Assembly (NCBI GenBank): GCA_002633005.1
Contig: NMRA01000458.1
Location: 1-64,000, forward strand
Length of the DNA stretch: 64,000 bases
From: Phoronis australis
Lineage: Eukaryota; Animalia; Phoronida
Reading direction: 5' to 3'
In this document: one piece after another, positions 62,601 to 64,000 of the stretch
How positions within the stretch are numbered: position 1 is the stretch's first letter
Layout: each line of letters opens with the position of its first letter
Notes under the pieces: generated by a model
Database searches by the model: none
Told to the model about the DNA's origin: nothing
Seen by the model: only the letters and a program-made list of their open reading frames with translations
Program-made: the position numbers and the translations under genes

Positions 62601-63680
62601 ACAACTTAATTTTTTGAAGATGGACAAACAGGCTCACGCTCGGAACAGGAGTTCACCATTTCACCACCAACTTTCACATGGTCAAAAATAGAATTATTTT
62701 ATTCTTGGTCTCGCTTCAACATCGATATCAGCTGGTACAGCACTCTCGATTGCCCGGTTACGCAATGCTTGTCGACAGGATTAGATTAGAGCTAGCTAGG
62801 TGTCCTTGTATAAACTCCGTCCCACTTGTCAGTCACTGAGCTGCTGAGCAATCGAGCCATGTAACTTACTGAAACTTGGTCAAATATGATGAAAAAAAAC
62901 AACTTTGGATTTTCAGAATGATTTTATTTTTCTTCATAATACTATGCATCAAGAATTAAAGATAAGGATGACATAAAAATGTAAAAAACAGTGAAAATTA
63001 ATGTTTTGTGTATTCACCTACCTTAAGAAATAATACGGCCAATATTTACTGCACGGAAATCAAGCTCTTCGAAGAATCGACTTTTTACTTTTCGTTTGTC
63101 ACCCCGCCAATGTCAATTTTTAACTACCGCTGAACTAATGGACTACACTGCATGCCCTGAGCTCATTGGCTGGCGTTAGGGTCACTACGTGACATCATTA
63201 GGTCAAAAACTGAGCTCACAAGATGGCAGACGATTTGGTCGGTTGTGGTTAGAGGAAGGTAAAAAGAGGCGACATGTAACCTGTAAGACCGTTTGCAGTT
63301 TTTGAACGTGTCAAGGGTAATTTGATTTTGTTAGTACTGATATACTAAACAAAAATTCCCCTCCCATTCTTTTGGTCTGTATCTTTTTCATCAAGTGGTG
63401 AAAAGCTCTCCGGTGGAACTTCAGCTCTGTTTAAAGAGCTGAGTATTGGCTAGGCGAATTCTTGGCCGAAATACACGCATACACGGAATACATTGTTTTG
63501 TCTTTTTCTTCAGACTGCAAAAACATCGGCGTGCGTTTTGTACAATCTTGCCAAAAATCCGGAGAAGCTACAGAAGCTGGTGGAAGAGATTGACACCATA
63601 GTACCAGATCACGCTGCGGTGACTCAGCAAGCACTGGACAAGATGCCCTATCTTAAAGCTTGTGTGAAGGAATCATTCAG
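50470..63680 (+). CDS. Cytochrome P450, mitochondrial clan (P450-B), exons 1-6; 3' exons lie beyond the window
   Basis: Exons 50470-50677, 54716-54947, 55378-55568, 56285-56480, 58814-58988, 63514-63680. Introns are GT..AG with the same phases as P450-A for introns 1-5. Motifs KPFTEIPGP, GETWYDTR (WxxxR), AGVES-T, YLKACVKESFR. The heme exon is not in the window. Confidence 0.92.
51322..51400. repeat. Degenerate (CAT/CAC)n tract
   Basis: catcatcatcatcagtcaccaccaccaccatcatcgccatcatcat. Confidence 0.75.
52949..54591 (+). mobile_element. Full-length non-autonomous Kolobok-type element, family K1 (1643 bp), in P450-B intron 1
   Basis: Perfect 15-bp TIR AGGAGAATGCCACCC/GGGTGGCATTCTCCT with TTAA on both sides. 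THAP remnant RCIVPACPNYEAVKKAGMSFFRLPLEPEMLRKWLAVV* / VKHLRVCGRHFVDSDF. Confidence 0.9.
54716..54947 (+). CDS. P450-B exon 2
   Basis: AGGPYDINQLQKAQVDKYHRYGKIVRDKSG...HEGKYPSRG...QYGG; ttttAG acceptor, GTAAAA donor. Confidence 0.92.
54997..55126. mobile_element. Small foldback or MITE in P450-B intron 2
   Basis: Perfect 18-bp inverted repeat GGTTAAAAAACGGACGAT/ATCGTCCGTTTTTTAACC. Confidence 0.7.
55378..55568 (+). CDS. P450-B exon 3
   Basis: DGETWYDTRSKVQAQMLRPASVSYYLDLQDQIADDFIARMR...ELFRYTTE; acceptor ttttccAAG. Confidence 0.9.
56285..56480 (+). CDS. P450-B exon 4
   Basis: AIAAISYDKRLDCFDD...FPWYKYMKTPLYKEFAKHWTYVK; donor GTAAGT. Confidence 0.93.
56788..56957. repeat. Short diverged tandem repeat, about 50-65 bp x3
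   Basis: Recurring GGCAGTATCTT...CACGAT and GCTGGTCACA. Confidence 0.7.
58464..58701. mobile_element. CATGCGCGC-family MITE copy
   Basis: Internal similarity to 15243-15503; flanked by ACATT/ACATT. Confidence 0.7.
58814..58988 (+). CDS. P450-B exon 5
   Basis: LGRRYTDECHEKI...LTLEQILATTLGLFFAGVES; donor GTAAGT. Confidence 0.93.
59100..59482. mobile_element. Palindromic MITE in P450-B intron 5
   Basis: GGGTC...GACCC ends; internal inverted segments (GCACTTGA/TCAAGTGC, GAACTCAAAA/TTTTGAGTTC). Confidence 0.55.
61041..63022. mobile_element. TTAA-flanked Kolobok-type element, family K3 (about 2 kb)
   Basis: TTAA|GGGGGGTGTATACAC...GTGTATTCACCTACC|TTAA (12 of 15 match); minus-strand Cys-rich remnant QLEESVQKLCVCKRYRKGEV. 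Confidence 0.65.
63514..63680 (+). CDS. P450-B exon 6
   Basis: TAKTSACVLYNLAKNPEKLQKL...MPYLKACVKESF(R); phase-2 donor AG|GTAATG inside the ExxR Arg codon. Confidence 0.93.
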
Positions 63681-64000
63681 GTAATGTGTTATAAAACGTT
63701 GTCATAGTTCTTTAATGAGCGACTCCGATACTCACGAGGGGTGCTTTGGAAAGAAAGTCCTTCTTTTTAACATTTGAATAGATTAAGAGCAGAAAGTAAA
63801 TTATCAGCATGAGAGCGTTCGTGTGTAAAGGAACCCATGTGATTTGCCTGAGTGCTGGCTTGGTAAGGCCCCTTGCTTCACTTGCGACACCTAGCGAATT
63901 TCGAATTCCTCATTACGAACACGTCCACACGGCATTTGCACATAAAAGATGCAATGATTCGCATAAGCCTTTGGGGAAAGATAATAGTAGTCACGTGATT

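Overview
Intron-rich, AT-rich metazoan (most likely invertebrate bilaterian) genomic DNA, not prokaryotic. The main host content is a head-to-tail pair of divergent mitochondrial-clan cytochrome P450 genes on the + strand. P450-A has 8 exons (8840-34551), splices in phase into an intact 527-aa ORF and has an 18.7-kb first intron. P450-B has 6 exons visible (50470-63680) and runs off the window end. Both carry an atypical I-helix, (G/A)GVES-TAKT. P450-A also has HxxxR instead of WxxxR in helix C and lacks the ExxR intron that P450-B keeps. The rest is a transposon mosaic: at least four TTAA-flanked or THAP-bearing Kolobok-type families (one copy rearranged into a foldback), several MITE families with 5-bp target duplications, Tx1/L1-type LINE relics, a Tc1 relic, tRNA-derived SINEs, and a decayed, apparently two-gene, intron-containing P-like transposon between the P450s. 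Two tandem duplications around single N bases look like haplotype-overlap assembly artefacts. All calls come from manual reading and translation; no database search was run.
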